Assembly: GCF_006345805.1 (NCBI RefSeq)
Contig: NC_043024.1
Location: forward strand, 18,786,001 to 18,850,000
Length of the DNA stretch: 64,000 bases
DNA from: Octopus sinensis
Lineage: Eukaryota
Direction: 5' to 3'
Below, piece after piece: positions 25,279-36,845 of this stretch. The notes under the pieces were generated by a model that had not been told where the DNA came from, made no database searches, and worked only from the letters and a program-made list of their open reading frames with translations. The position numbers were made by a program, and so were the translations under genes. Position 1 is the first letter of the stretch; every line of letters starts with the position of its first letter.

Positions 25279-25653
25279 CTAGCAGTATCGCCCGGCGTTG
25301 CTCGGGTTTGTAAGAGAAATAACTATATAAACATTTTTACAGAATAAAAATGAATAAAAATGGAATAAAATGGAATAAAAATGATGGTAATTTTTTAAAA
25401 AAATCATTGACTCATCGTAGACATTTTTAGAGAGTTACTTCCCTTATATAATAGCGAAAAAATGCATTAAAATGGAAAAAAAGATGGTAAATTATTTTAA
25501 AATCGTAGACTCATCGTAGACACATGCTAATACCCAGAAGTGCTCGATATGAATCACGACTATAAGATACTCGGTTCCGCAAAATGTGGGAGTAGTTAGG
25601 AATCTAAACCGTAGGAGACAGACAGCACACAACCTCACTTTTATATATAAAGA
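25279..25653 (-). mobile_element. Non-autonomous Helitron (third copy)
   Basis: CTAG at 25279-25282, hairpin, 5' TC at 25653-25652. Confidence 0.85.
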
Positions 25654-25809
25654 TATATATATATGCATGTATGTATTTGTTAGATTGCTTTCTGTTCCTT
25701 CCAGAAGAATATATATTTCCATTGTACACTTCTTCCCTTCTTGATTTATTGCTTTATATTCCTACACTTTTCCAGACAAGTATTTTGCTTGTATTTTTCA
25801 TACATTATT

Positions 25810-26283
25810 TACTCTTTACTCTTTTACTTGTTTCAGTCATTTGACTGCGGCCATGCTGGAGCACCACCTTTAGTCGAGCAAATCGACCCCGGGACTTATT
25901 CTTTGTAAGCCCAGTACTTATTCTATCGGTCTCTTTTGCCGAACCGCTAAGTGACGGTGACGTAAACACACCAGCATCGGTTGTCAAGCAATTCTAGGGG
26001 TACAAACACAGACACACAAACACACACACATACATATATATACACAGGTGGTGGTGCTATTAAGTTAGACATGGCCTGGACCAATCTCTGGTCGAAACAT
26101 ATCTAAGTTTACACATATATACGACGGGTTTCTTTCAGTTTCCGTCTACCAAATCCACTCACAAGGCTTTGGTCGGCCCGAGGCTATAGTAAAAGACACT
26201 TGCCCAAGGTGCCACGCAGTGGGACTGAACCCGGAACCATTGGTTGGTAAGCAAGCTACTTACCACACAGCCACTCCTGCGCC
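25810..26283 (-). mobile_element. Family A SINE with a ~65-bp insertion in its internal microsatellite
   Basis: Full head and tail; extra sequence at ~26045-26110. Confidence 0.85.
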
Positions 26284-26843
26284 TATATATATTATATATA
26301 TATATATATATATTGAGAGAGAAAGAGGGCGAGAGAGAGAGAGATAAATTGATAGCTAGAGGTAAAAGAATATATAAAGATCATGATTATGATGATGATG
26401 GCGATGATAAATATATACATGCCTACGAATATATATATATGTATGTGTGTGTATTATATAATGTTTGTAGATGCATATATATATATATATATATTATATA
26501 ATAATGCATATATATATGTATATATATATATATATATAATATATAATATATAATATAACGTGCATGCATATATATCTGCACGAGCACACACACACACACA
26601 GATATATATACGTAAGGTCAAAGTGCTGTTCTGTGGAATTTCCATCATTCCATGTTGTATTGATTGAACACATTGAAATCAATAACAGCAACATAAAACG
26701 TCTCTGAAACAATTCAGTCATCAATAACAACAGCTTGTGTTGTGCAATATGTTGACAGCAGAGTCTGGCGTAAGAAAACAACGTCTGTGCCTCTCCTGTC
26801 TACAGCTACAAAGAACAGGATGTCCATATACAAGCGTACAGAC

Positions 26844-26876
<33 letters not shown>

Positions 26877-26919
26877 CATACGTAAAAGAAAATACAGGCG
26901 GATCACTTAATTCTTCTTT

Positions 26920-27515
26920 CTTTTTCTTTTTCTTGTTTCAGTCATCTGACCGTGGCCATGCTGGAGCACCACCTTTAATCGCACAAATCGATCCAAGGAC
27001 TTATTCTTTGTAAGCCTAGTACTTATTCTATCAGGATCTTTTGCTGAACCGCTAAGTTACGGTGACGTAAACACACCAGCATCGGTTGCCAAGCGATGTT
27101 GGGGGGACAAACACAGACACACATATATATCCTTTTTTACTCTTTTATTTGTTTCAGTCATTTGACTGTGGCCATGCTGGAGCACCGCCTTTAGTCGAGC
27201 AAATCGACCCCGGGACTTATTCTTTGTAAGCCCAGTACTTATTCTATCGGTCTCTCTTTTGCCGAAACGCTAAGTTACGGGTACGTAAACACACCAGCAT
27301 TGGTTGTCAAGCGATGTTGGGGGGGACAAACACAAACACACACACACACATGTACGACGGGCTTCTTTCAGTTTCCATCTACCAAATCCACTCACAAGGC
27401 TTTGGTTGTCCTGAGGCTATAGTAGAAGACACTTGCCTAAGGTACCATGTAGTAGGACTGAACCCAGAACCATGTGGTTCGTAAGCAAGCTACCACACAG
27501 TCACTCCTGTACCTA
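26920..27515 (-). mobile_element. Family A SINE: tail half plus full copy in tandem
   Basis: Two consecutive GTTTCAGTCAT..GACTG.GGCCATGCTGGAGCACC blocks; head at ~27510. Confidence 0.85.
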
Positions 27516-27754
27516 TATGAACAACTTCTTATCATTTAAGTTAAAATGATAGATAGAAATCAAGGAATTCTCCATCATGTAAGCAAGATAACATGGAATA
27601 AAAGAGGTGAATTCAAATTCAGCTGTTAAAGTAAAATATAAGCATAATTGTGTAAAGTCATGTCTGAAACGTTCAATTGGAATCAGCTGTGATCAGACGA
27701 AAGCTGCAAGAATAATCTGAAGAGAAAGTTCTCCACCTTGACTTGGACATGTCA

Positions 27755-28250
27755 TCATCATCATCATCATCGTCGTTTAGCGTCCGTTTTCCATGCTAGC
27801 ATGGGTTGGACGGTTCTACTGGGGTCTGTGAAGACAGAAGGCTTCATCAGGCCCAGTCAAATCTGGCAGTGTTTCTACGGCTGGATGCCCTTCCTAACGC
27901 CAACCACTCCGTGAGTGTAGTGGGTGCTTTTTATGTGCCACCCGCACTGGTGCCAGACAGAGCTGGCAAACGGCCACGAACGGATGGTGCTTTTTATGTG
28001 CCACCGGCACGAGGGCCAGGCGAGGCTGGTAACGGACACGAAACGGGGCGGTGCTGGCAACGGTCGCGAAACGGAAAGTTCTCTTACATGCCACCGGCAC
28101 TGGTAACACATCTGCAATTTCCATTGATCGATTTCCATTGATCGATTTCGATTCTGATCCTCACTTGCCTCAACGGGTCTTCACAAGTAGAGTTTCGACA
28201 TGCCACCGGCACTGGTAACACATCCGCAAATTCCATTGATCGATTTTGAA
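27755..28250 (-). mobile_element. RTE 3'UTR copy (family B)
   Basis: (CAT)n tail, GGATGCCCTTCCT, GTGCCACC(C/G)GCAC subrepeats. Confidence 0.85.
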
Positions 28251-28346
28251 ATTCATATTTTGTTTTGGGCTGTGAGTAACATCCTCAGATCGGTAAATGA
28301 CCAAGTTAATTTATATAATTGACAAGACAGAATGATCCAAAAATGT

Positions 28347-29435
28347 GATGGAAGCACTCCGTCAGTTACGACGAGGGTTCCGGTTGATCCGAATCAACGG
28401 AACAGCCTGCTCGTGAAATTAACGTGTAAGTGGCTGAGCACTCCACAGACACGTGTACCCTTAACGTAGTTCTCGGGGATATTCAGCGTGACACAGAGAG
28501 TGACAAGGCCGGCCCTTTGAAATGGAAGCACTCCGTCGGTTACGACGACGAGGGTTCCGGTTGATCCGATCAACGGAACAGCCTGCTCGTGAAATTAACG
28601 TGTAAGTGGCTGAGCACTCCACAGACACGTGTACCCTTAACGTAGTTCTCGGGGATATTCAGCGTGACACAGAGAGTGACAAGGCCGGCCCTTTGAAATG
28701 GAAGCACTCCGTCGGTTACGACGATGAGGGTTCCGGTTGATCTGATCAACGGAACAGCCTGCTCGTGAAATTAACGTGTAAGTGGCTGAGCACTCCACAG
28801 ACACGTGTACCCTTAACGTAGTTCTCGGGGATATTCAGCATGACACAGAGAGTGACAAGGCCAGCCCTTTGAAATGGAAGCACTCCGTCGGTTACGACGA
28901 CGAGGGTTCCGGTTGATCCGATCAACGGAACAGCCTGCTCGTGAAATTAACGTGTAAGTGGCTGAGCACTCCACAGACACGTGTACCCTTAACGTAGTTC
29001 TCGGGGATATTCAGCGTGACACAGAGAGTGACAAGGCCGGCCCTTTGAAATGGAAGCACTCCGTCGGTTACGACGACGAGGGTTCCGGTTGATCCGATCA
29101 ACGGAACAGCCTGCTCGTGAAATTAACGTGTAAGTGGCTGAGCACTCCACAGACACGTGTACCCTTAACGTAGTTCTCGGGGATATTCAGCGTGACACAG
29201 AGAGTGACAAGGCCGGCCCTTTGAAATACAGGTACAACAGAAACAGAAAGTAAGAGTGAGAGAAAGTTGTGGTGAAAGAGTACAGCAGGGATCACCACCA
29301 TCCCTTGCCGGAGCCTCGTGGAGCTTTTAGGTGTTTTCGCTCAATAAACACTCACAACGCCCAGTCTGGGAATCGAAACTGCGATCCTACGACCGCGAGT
29401 CCACTGCCCTAACCACTGGCTCATTGCGCCTCCAC
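28347..29435 (-). mobile_element. Family D SINE whose 176-bp 3' module is repeated five times, inside a 12-bp TSD
   Basis: Units start at 28351, 28525, 28701, 28877 and 29053; tRNA head at ~29330-29435; ATCCAAAAATGT at 28335-28346 and 29436-29447. Confidence 0.9.
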
Positions 29436-29699
29436 ATCCAAAAATGTATGCATTCTTTGATGTAAGAACAGCACTCACAGCCGAAGACAAAATATGTATT
29501 TACACAAATCTAGGTGGAGAATTCTCTCCCAGGAATATTTGAGCAGTTCCTACATGCTTCAAAATGCTTACAGGGAGATTTTTGCCTCTATACCAGCCAA
29601 TGGTATAAGCAAAGAATTGAGCTTTTGATACAGTGATGGCAACAGATAATAGAATATGATGGAATACATTTTGGTGAATAAGATGCAGGTCGGAAGAAT

Positions 29700-30120
29700 T
29701 TCTCTTTTATCCTTTACTTGTTCTTGTCATTAGACTGCAGCCATGTGTGTGTGTGTGGGGGGGGGGGTTGAAAAATGTTAGTCAAATGAATCAGTCGAAG
29801 TACTTGTGCTTTTTGAACCTGATAATTATTCTATCGGTCTCTTTTGCCATACTGCTAAGTTACAGTGATGTAAACACACAAACACCACTTGTCAAACAGT
29901 GGTGGAGGACAAACACAGGCACACACACACACACACACACACACTTACATTCATACAAAGGTCTTCTTTCAGTTTCCATCTATCAATCCACTCATAAGGT
30001 TTTGGTCAGCTTGGACTTCAAGTAGAAAACACTTGCCCAAGGTGCCAGGCAGTGGGACTGAACCCCAGACCATGTGGTTGGGAAGTGCAAGTCTTATCAT
30101 GCAGCCACTCCTGTACCTCT
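29700..30120 (-). mobile_element. Degenerate family A SINE
   Basis: Recognisable tail, CACTTGCCCAAGGTGCC and GGGACTGAACCC. Confidence 0.75.
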
Positions 30121-30147
30121 ACAGAACCACCCTGCATGACTTTACAC

Positions 30148-30195
<48 letters not shown>

Positions 30196-30305
30196 TCATA
30201 CATATACATTCATTATGTAAATTTTCACTTCAAATTTTGTGTGTGATATAAATGATTTAAATAACATCTTCAGTGTTTGTCTCCATTTTCCATTGTCCTT
30301 ATATA

Positions 30306-31305
30306 TTTTGGTAAAAAAAAAGGAAATAAAGTTAGAAAAGGCGCAAAAATGTATTTTAGAGAATGTTTGATATTTTTCTTACAGTAAATGATTCAAAATA
30401 TAACCAGTTTTGATGCATCCATCTTATCAAATATGAAAGACAGTTTTTTGAGAAGTGAAAGAGAAAACACATACACACACAAAAAATTCCCAGAAACCAA
30501 ACACCATAATAACACGCACACACACCACACACACACCACAATAACACATGCATACACACAGAATATTCCCATAAACCCAAAGACCACAAGTTCCAGAACA
30601 TATTGTCAAAAAACCAAAAAAGCATACAAACACACACAGTCACACTGACAAAACAACACACACACACAACAAATCCTTTGAATGATCATCCTTAAACAAT
30701 CCACTGAACCACTGATCATATTCTCTCAATAGAAAAATGGAAAAGAAGAAATATTTTGACAATATATTATAAACACCCCACACATCCCCACACACTCACA
30801 CAGACAAAACAATACACACACAACAAAGTGAAAGATAATTCCTTCCAAATCCTTTGAATGACCATCCTTAAAAAGAGACATTTAACCACTGACCATATTC
30901 TCTCAAGAGAAAAAGGGAAGAAAATAAAAATGCTTTGACAATATATTCCAAAAAGATACAGCAGGCCATATTCCAAATAGAAACAACCTATTAAGTTCAA
31001 AAGACTTCTTTTCAATAGAATTCCTGAAACTTTAACTCTTGTACCCAACTCCAAACCTACATAGACAAAACATCCAATAAGAATCAACTCTAAACTAAAA
31101 TTTCTCTGTGCACTAAAACATGGGTAAAAACTTTTAACCCCCAATATTTTTTCCCTTTGACTTCCTCAAAAATTCTTTTTAATATTTGATAAGATGAATA
31201 CATCGAAACCAGTTATATTTTAAATCATTCACTGTAACAAAAATATTAAACATTCTCTAAAATATACTTCTGTGCCTTTTCCAACTCTATTTACTTTTTT
31301 AACCA
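30306..31305. mobile_element. ~1-kb fold-back element with ~125-bp diverged terminal inverted repeats and internal direct repeats
   Basis: 30306-30433 versus 31183-31305 inverted (~80% by eye); 30670-30768 versus 30846-30947 direct. Superfamily and TSD not determined. Confidence 0.6.
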
Positions 31306-31377
31306 TCATTTCTGATTTATATAGAATCATAACACATTTTCAACTATATATATATATGTATGTATGTATGTGTGTTG

Positions 31378-31419
<42 letters not shown>

Positions 31420-31609
31420 TATATATATATATATATATAATAAATATGTGAATATATATGTATGTATGTATGTATGTGTATATATATATATATAATCAAA
31501 ATGAAGGTGAAATATTGGATATTAATTTGATAACATCAATTTTAACACCAGTCGTCTAGCATATAAAAAAACTGAGATTCAGTAAATAGTATTTCATACA
31601 TAAATATAA

Positions 31610-31872
31610 GAGGGGAATTTTTTAACCACTATGCGGAAACCCTTATGCTAGAAGAAGATCTGCTATGGTCTCAACCACTTTCCAGAAAATTTAGCATACC
31701 AGAAACAATTGTTTATGATTAAACTATATTTTTGTTATTTTTCATTTGTCTTGCTCGCTTACATTTCTGGTGTTTGCTAAATTTTCTGGAGAACAATTCT
31801 TTGTGGTCGAGACCATAGCGGATCTTCTTCTAGCATAAGGGTTTCCACATAGTGGTTAAAAAAATTCCCTCT
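31610..31872. repeat. Two-tier inverted repeat in (AT)n
   Basis: 31610-31678 pairs with ~31803-31872; 31682-31705 pairs with 31764-31789. Confidence 0.85.
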
Positions 31873-32081
31873 CATATATATATATATATATGTATGTATG
31901 TGTGTCATTAACCAGTGGAGGTTTTCCTGGGGTTAAAATGTAGTAACATTTGTCCTGTATGGAACAGCCACATAAAAGTGGTAACAAACATTTCTATCTA
32001 GTACTGTTACTATGAGAATCTCTTTCAGAGATTTCAAGACCAGCTACTTTATACACACACATACACACCACACAGATATAT

Positions 32082-32114
<33 letters not shown>

Positions 32115-32612
32115 GTTTAACGTCCGTTCTCCATTCTAGCATGGGTTGGATGGTTCGACCGGGGATCTGAGAAGCCAGAAGGCTGCACCAGGCTCCAGTC
32201 TTATCTGGCAATGTTTCTACAGCTGGATGCCCTTCCTAACGCCAACCACTCCGTGAGTGTAGTGGGTGCTTTTTACGTGCCACCCGCACGGGTGCCAGGC
32301 GAGGCTGGCAACGGCCACGGTCGGATTGGTGCAATTTACGTGCCACCGGCACGGAAGCCAGTCGAGGCGGTGCTGGCATCGGCCATGATTCGGATAGTGC
32401 TTTTTACGTACCACCAGTCTAGGGGTCCTGGCATCTGCCGGGTGCCAGTCATAGGATTGGTTCAATTTCGATTTCGATTATATATATATATATATATAAT
32501 ATATAGATATATATATATAAATATATAAATATACAAATATATATATATATATATATTACGGAGATGTACTCGCATAGCAAGTAATTTGATCTGGGATCGT
32601 GTGCTGAAACGA

Positions 32613-32927
32613 AAACAATTGCAGCGTGGAAGGTGTTTGTAAGCCATTTAAGAAACACACAAAAGCCTTCGATTCACTTCAACATTTAAGTTTAATTTGT
32701 CAAAATATTTTCGTCGCTAAAATCCGCGACCTGTTCACTGACAAAGTCCGTGCAGCACGGACTTTGTCAGTGAGTGCAGCACGGACTTTGTCAGTGAACA
32801 GTGAACAGGTCGCGGATTTTAGCGACGAAAATATTTTGACAAATTAAACTTAAATGTTGAAGTGAATCGAACGGCTTTTGTGTGTTTCTTAAATGGCTTA
32901 CAAACACCTTCCACGCTGCAATTGTTT
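32613..32927. repeat. ~315-bp palindrome with central micro-duplications (copy 1)
   Basis: Arms AAACAATTGCAGC...CACTGACAAAGTCCGTGC / GCACGGACTTTGTCAGTG...GCTGCAATTGTTT; the right arm has a ~24-nt and a 7-nt (GTGAACA) duplication. Confidence 0.95.
32696..32745 (-). ncRNA. Minimal type I hammerhead-like motif with G3/C8 core variant
   Basis: UUUGUCA / GUGAACA / G / GUCGC-GGAUUUUA-GCGAC / GAAA / AUAU / UU / UGACAAA: 7-bp stem I, 5-bp stem II, palindromic AAUAUU stem III. Confidence 0.65.
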
Positions 32928-33677
32928 ATATTATATATTATATATATATATATATATATATGAAATAACTTAATGAGTATATCTGAAAGTAAACTCATAG
33001 TATCAGTTTGCACAACACGAAATAATACTTAAAGTATATAACCAAAATTACCAGCACTGTATAAATTATACTTCATTAATATCCTCTACTTTAGTTAATA
33101 CTTAAGTTTATTAAATATAAAGGAACTACATGAGTTTCAGTATTGGAAGATTGCAATATATATATATATATCATCATCATCCTCATCGTCGTTTAGCGTC
33201 CGTTTTCCATGCTAGCATGGGTTGGACGGTTCTACTGGGGTCTGTGAAGCTAGAAGGCTTCATCAGGCCCAGTCAAATCTGGCAGTGTTTCTACGGCTGG
33301 ATGCCCTTCCTAACGCCACCACTCCGTGAGGTAGGGGTGCTTTTTACGTGCCACCCCACGGGTGCCAGGCGAGGCTGCAACGGCCACGTCGGATTGGTCA
33401 ATTTACGTGCCACCGTCACGGAAGCCAGTCGAGGCGGTGCTGGCATCGGCCATGATTCGGATAGTGCTTTTTACGTACCACCAGTCTAGGGGTCCTGGCA
33501 TCTGCCGGGTGCCAGTCCAAGATTGGTTCAATTTCGATTTCGATTATATATATTATATATATATATATATTATATATATATATATAATATATAAATATAC
33601 AAATTATATATATATATATATTACGGAGATGTACTCGCATAGCAAGTAATTTGATCTGGGATCGTGTGCTGAAACGA

Positions 33678-33993
33678 AAACAATTGCAGCGTGGAAGGTG
33701 TTTGTAAGCCATTTAAGAAACACACAAAAGCCGTTCGATTCACTTCAACATTTAAGTTTAATTTGTCAAAATATTTTCGTCGCTAAAATCCGCGACCTGT
33801 TCACTGACAAAGTCCGTGCAGCACGGACTTTGTCAGTGAGATGCAGCACGGACTTTGTCAGTGAACAGTGAACAGGTCGCGGATTTTAGCGACGAAAATA
33901 TTTTGACAAATTAAACTTAATGTTGAAGTGAATCGAACGGCTTTTGTGTTTTTCTTAAATGGCTTACAAACACCTTCCACGCTGCAATTGTTT
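33678..33993. repeat. Palindrome, copy 2
   Basis: Duplicate of 32613-32927. Confidence 0.95.
33762..33811 (-). ncRNA. G3/C8 hammerhead-like motif, copy 2
   Basis: Identical to 32696-32745. Confidence 0.65.
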
Positions 33994-35334
33994 ATATATA
34001 TATATATATAAGATATATATATATATCTGAAATAACTTAATGAGTATATCTGAAAGTAAACTCATAGTATCAGTTTGCACAACACGAAATAATACTTAAA
34101 GTATATAACCAAAATTACCAGCACTGTATAAATTATACTTCATTAATATCCTCTACTTTAGTTAATACTTAGTTTTATTAATATAAAGGAACTACATGAG
34201 TTTCAGTATTGGAAGATTGCAATATATATATATATATCATCATCATCCTCATCGTCGTTTAGTAGCGTCCGTTTTCCATGCTAGCATGGGTTGGACGGTT
34301 CTACTGGGGTCTGTGAAGCTAGAAGGCTTCATCGGCCAGTCAAATCTGGCAGTGTTTCTACGGCTGGATGCCCTTCCTAACGCCAACCACTCCGTGAGTG
34401 TAGTGGGTGCTTTTTACGTGCCACCCGCACAGGTGCCAGACAGAGCTGGCAAACGGCCATGAACGAATGGTGCTTTTTATGTGCCACCGGCACAAGGGCC
34501 AGGCGAGGCTGGCAACGGACACGAAACGGGGCGGTGCTGGCAACGGTCGCGAAACGGAAGGTTCTCTTACATGCCACCGGCACTGGTAACACATCTGCAA
34601 TTTCCATTGATCGATTTCCATTTCTGATCCATATATATATATATATTAATAGTTATCGCCATATTAATATGCCAGTCTTATAAATATAAGACTAAAGCTG
34701 TTGCTGATTAGCTCCATGAGGCCATTGCCTTAAGCTAGCTATTTGACATATATACATATCCACTACCGTATACATATATATATACACATATGTAAATACA
34801 TATATGCAATCGTCAGATTTACAATTATTCCAACACATCTTCAGGTTATATTTCAAAATATTACATATCTAATACAATTAAGCATTAAAGATTAAAAATT
34901 AGAAATAAAAATTATACTTTGTAATATTAAGAATTAAAATTTATAGATTATGCATTATGAATATGAATTAGTATATATATCAATCATGTAATATCAAGAA
35001 TATGTCAAACACAGAATGTGAGATATAAGATTATACATCAGAATTAAAATGTCTGTGTTTAAATGTGATATATAAGAGATAAAATTCAAATTGCTGGTAC
35101 TAAAATGGTAATTAGAGGAAGATGATAGCAGGGAACTATGGGTATTTATAGGTGATTAGTACCAAGGGGGGGGGGGTAATTACACTATACATAGTTTTAA
35201 TTTTAAATTATCCTCTATAATTATTTTCACATTTACATATATTGGGAGGGATATATAATTTGTTATTATATAATTTTAGCAATATTTAATTCATATATTT
35301 ATTTAGATTACTGCATTATTTTTTTTATTTATAT

Positions 35335-35748
35335 AGGCGCAGGAGTGGCTGTGTGGTAAGTAGCTTGCTAACTAACCACATGGTTCCGGGTTCAGTCCCA
35401 CTGCGTGGCATATTGGGCAGATGTCTTCTGCTGTAGCCCCGGGCTGACCAATGCCTTGTGAGTGGATTTGGTAGACGGAAACTGAAAGAAGCCTGTCGTA
35501 TATATGTATATATATATATATGTGTGTGTGTGTCTGTGTTTGTCTCCCTAGCATTGCTTGACAACAGATGCTGGTGTGTTTATGTCCCCGTCACTTAGCG
35601 GTACGGCAAAAAAAAAGAGACCGATAGAATAAGTACTGAGCTTACAAAGAATAAGTCCTGGGGTCGAGTTGCTCGACTAAAGGCGGTGCTCCAGCATGGC
35701 CGCAGTCAAATGACTGAAACAAGTAAAAGAGAAAAGAGTAAAAGAGAG
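35335..35748 (+). mobile_element. Family A SINE (full length)
   Basis: Head AGGCGCAGGAGTGGCTGTGTGG; tail GAAACAAGTAAAAGAGAAAAGAG. Confidence 0.9.
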
Positions 35749-35999
35749 TGTGTTCAAGTGCTTTAGAAATAAAATTAAGTGGTTATTTGATTCAGGGTCT
35801 GGGGGTTCAGTACTTCATTTTACTAAATGTAAAATTACTTTGGTGCCTACATTTAACTCCTCGTTCATCATATGTGTTTAATAAATCATCTCTAGACTGT
35901 AGTAGTTTCATAAATTCTGTTATGCATAATAAAAGGCAGTGCTCCAGCATGGCTTCAGTCAATTGACTGAAACAAGTAAAAGAAAAAAGAAACAACACA

Positions 36000-36206
36000 C
36001 ACACACACATATCTATATATAAATACAGATATATATATATATATATATATGTATACATATGTATACATATGTATATATATGCATATATAAATACACACAC
36101 ATACACATGCATGCACTTATATATATAAGGGTAAAGAGTGTGTTCAAGTGCTTTAGAAATATCTATATATATATATACATATAAATAAATATATATATAT
36201 AAATAA

Positions 36207-36238
<32 letters not shown>

Positions 36239-36305
36239 ATAAATAAATATATATAATATATATATATATATCTTATATATATATAATATATATATATATA
36301 TATAA

Positions 36306-36345
<40 letters not shown>

Positions 36346-36366
36346 AATAAATATATATATATATAA

Positions 36367-36413
<47 letters not shown>

Positions 36414-36452
36414 TATATATATATATTATTATATATAATATATATTATATTA

Positions 36453-36484
<32 letters not shown>

Positions 36485-36769
36485 GCTATATATATATATA
36501 TGAATAAAATATATATATATATATATATAATTAACTATATATATATATATTAAGATATATATATATCTATATATATATTATATATATATATATATATTTA
36601 TATATATGTATATAAATAATATCTATATAAATATATTTATATATAGTATATAAATAAATATATATATATATATATTATATATATATATATTTATATATTA
36701 TATATATATATATATTATATATTTATATATATATATATTGAATTTATTTATATATATTTATTATATATA

Positions 36770-36812
<43 letters not shown>

Positions 36813-36845
36813 TTATAATATATATTTCTTTATATATATATATAT
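36000..36845. repeat. ~850-bp (AT)n-rich tract
   Basis: Direct observation. Confidence 0.95.

Larger units (their letters stand above)
32085..34630. repeat. Tandem duplication (period ~1065 bp) bounded by three family B (RTE 3'UTR) copies
   Basis: B1 32085-32480, B2 33165-33545, B3 34235-34630; intervening sequence repeated (33130/34196, 32613/33678). Confidence 0.9.

Noticed and set aside
26600-26790. Signal-peptide-like exon on the minus strand (MTELFQRRFMLLLLISMCSINT...)
   Set aside because: No recognisable homology, weak splice donor, and the ORF runs into microsatellite.
28351-29228. CRISPR array or retrozyme
   Set aside because: Whole 176-bp units repeat with no unique spacers, the context is eukaryotic, and there is no HHR core on either strand.
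35744-36160. 27-bp direct repeat (AGAGTGTGTTCAAGTGCTTTAGAAAT) as the TSD of a novel element
   Set aside because: The enclosed sequence is a SINE tail fragment plus microsatellite; a small local duplication is the simpler explanation.
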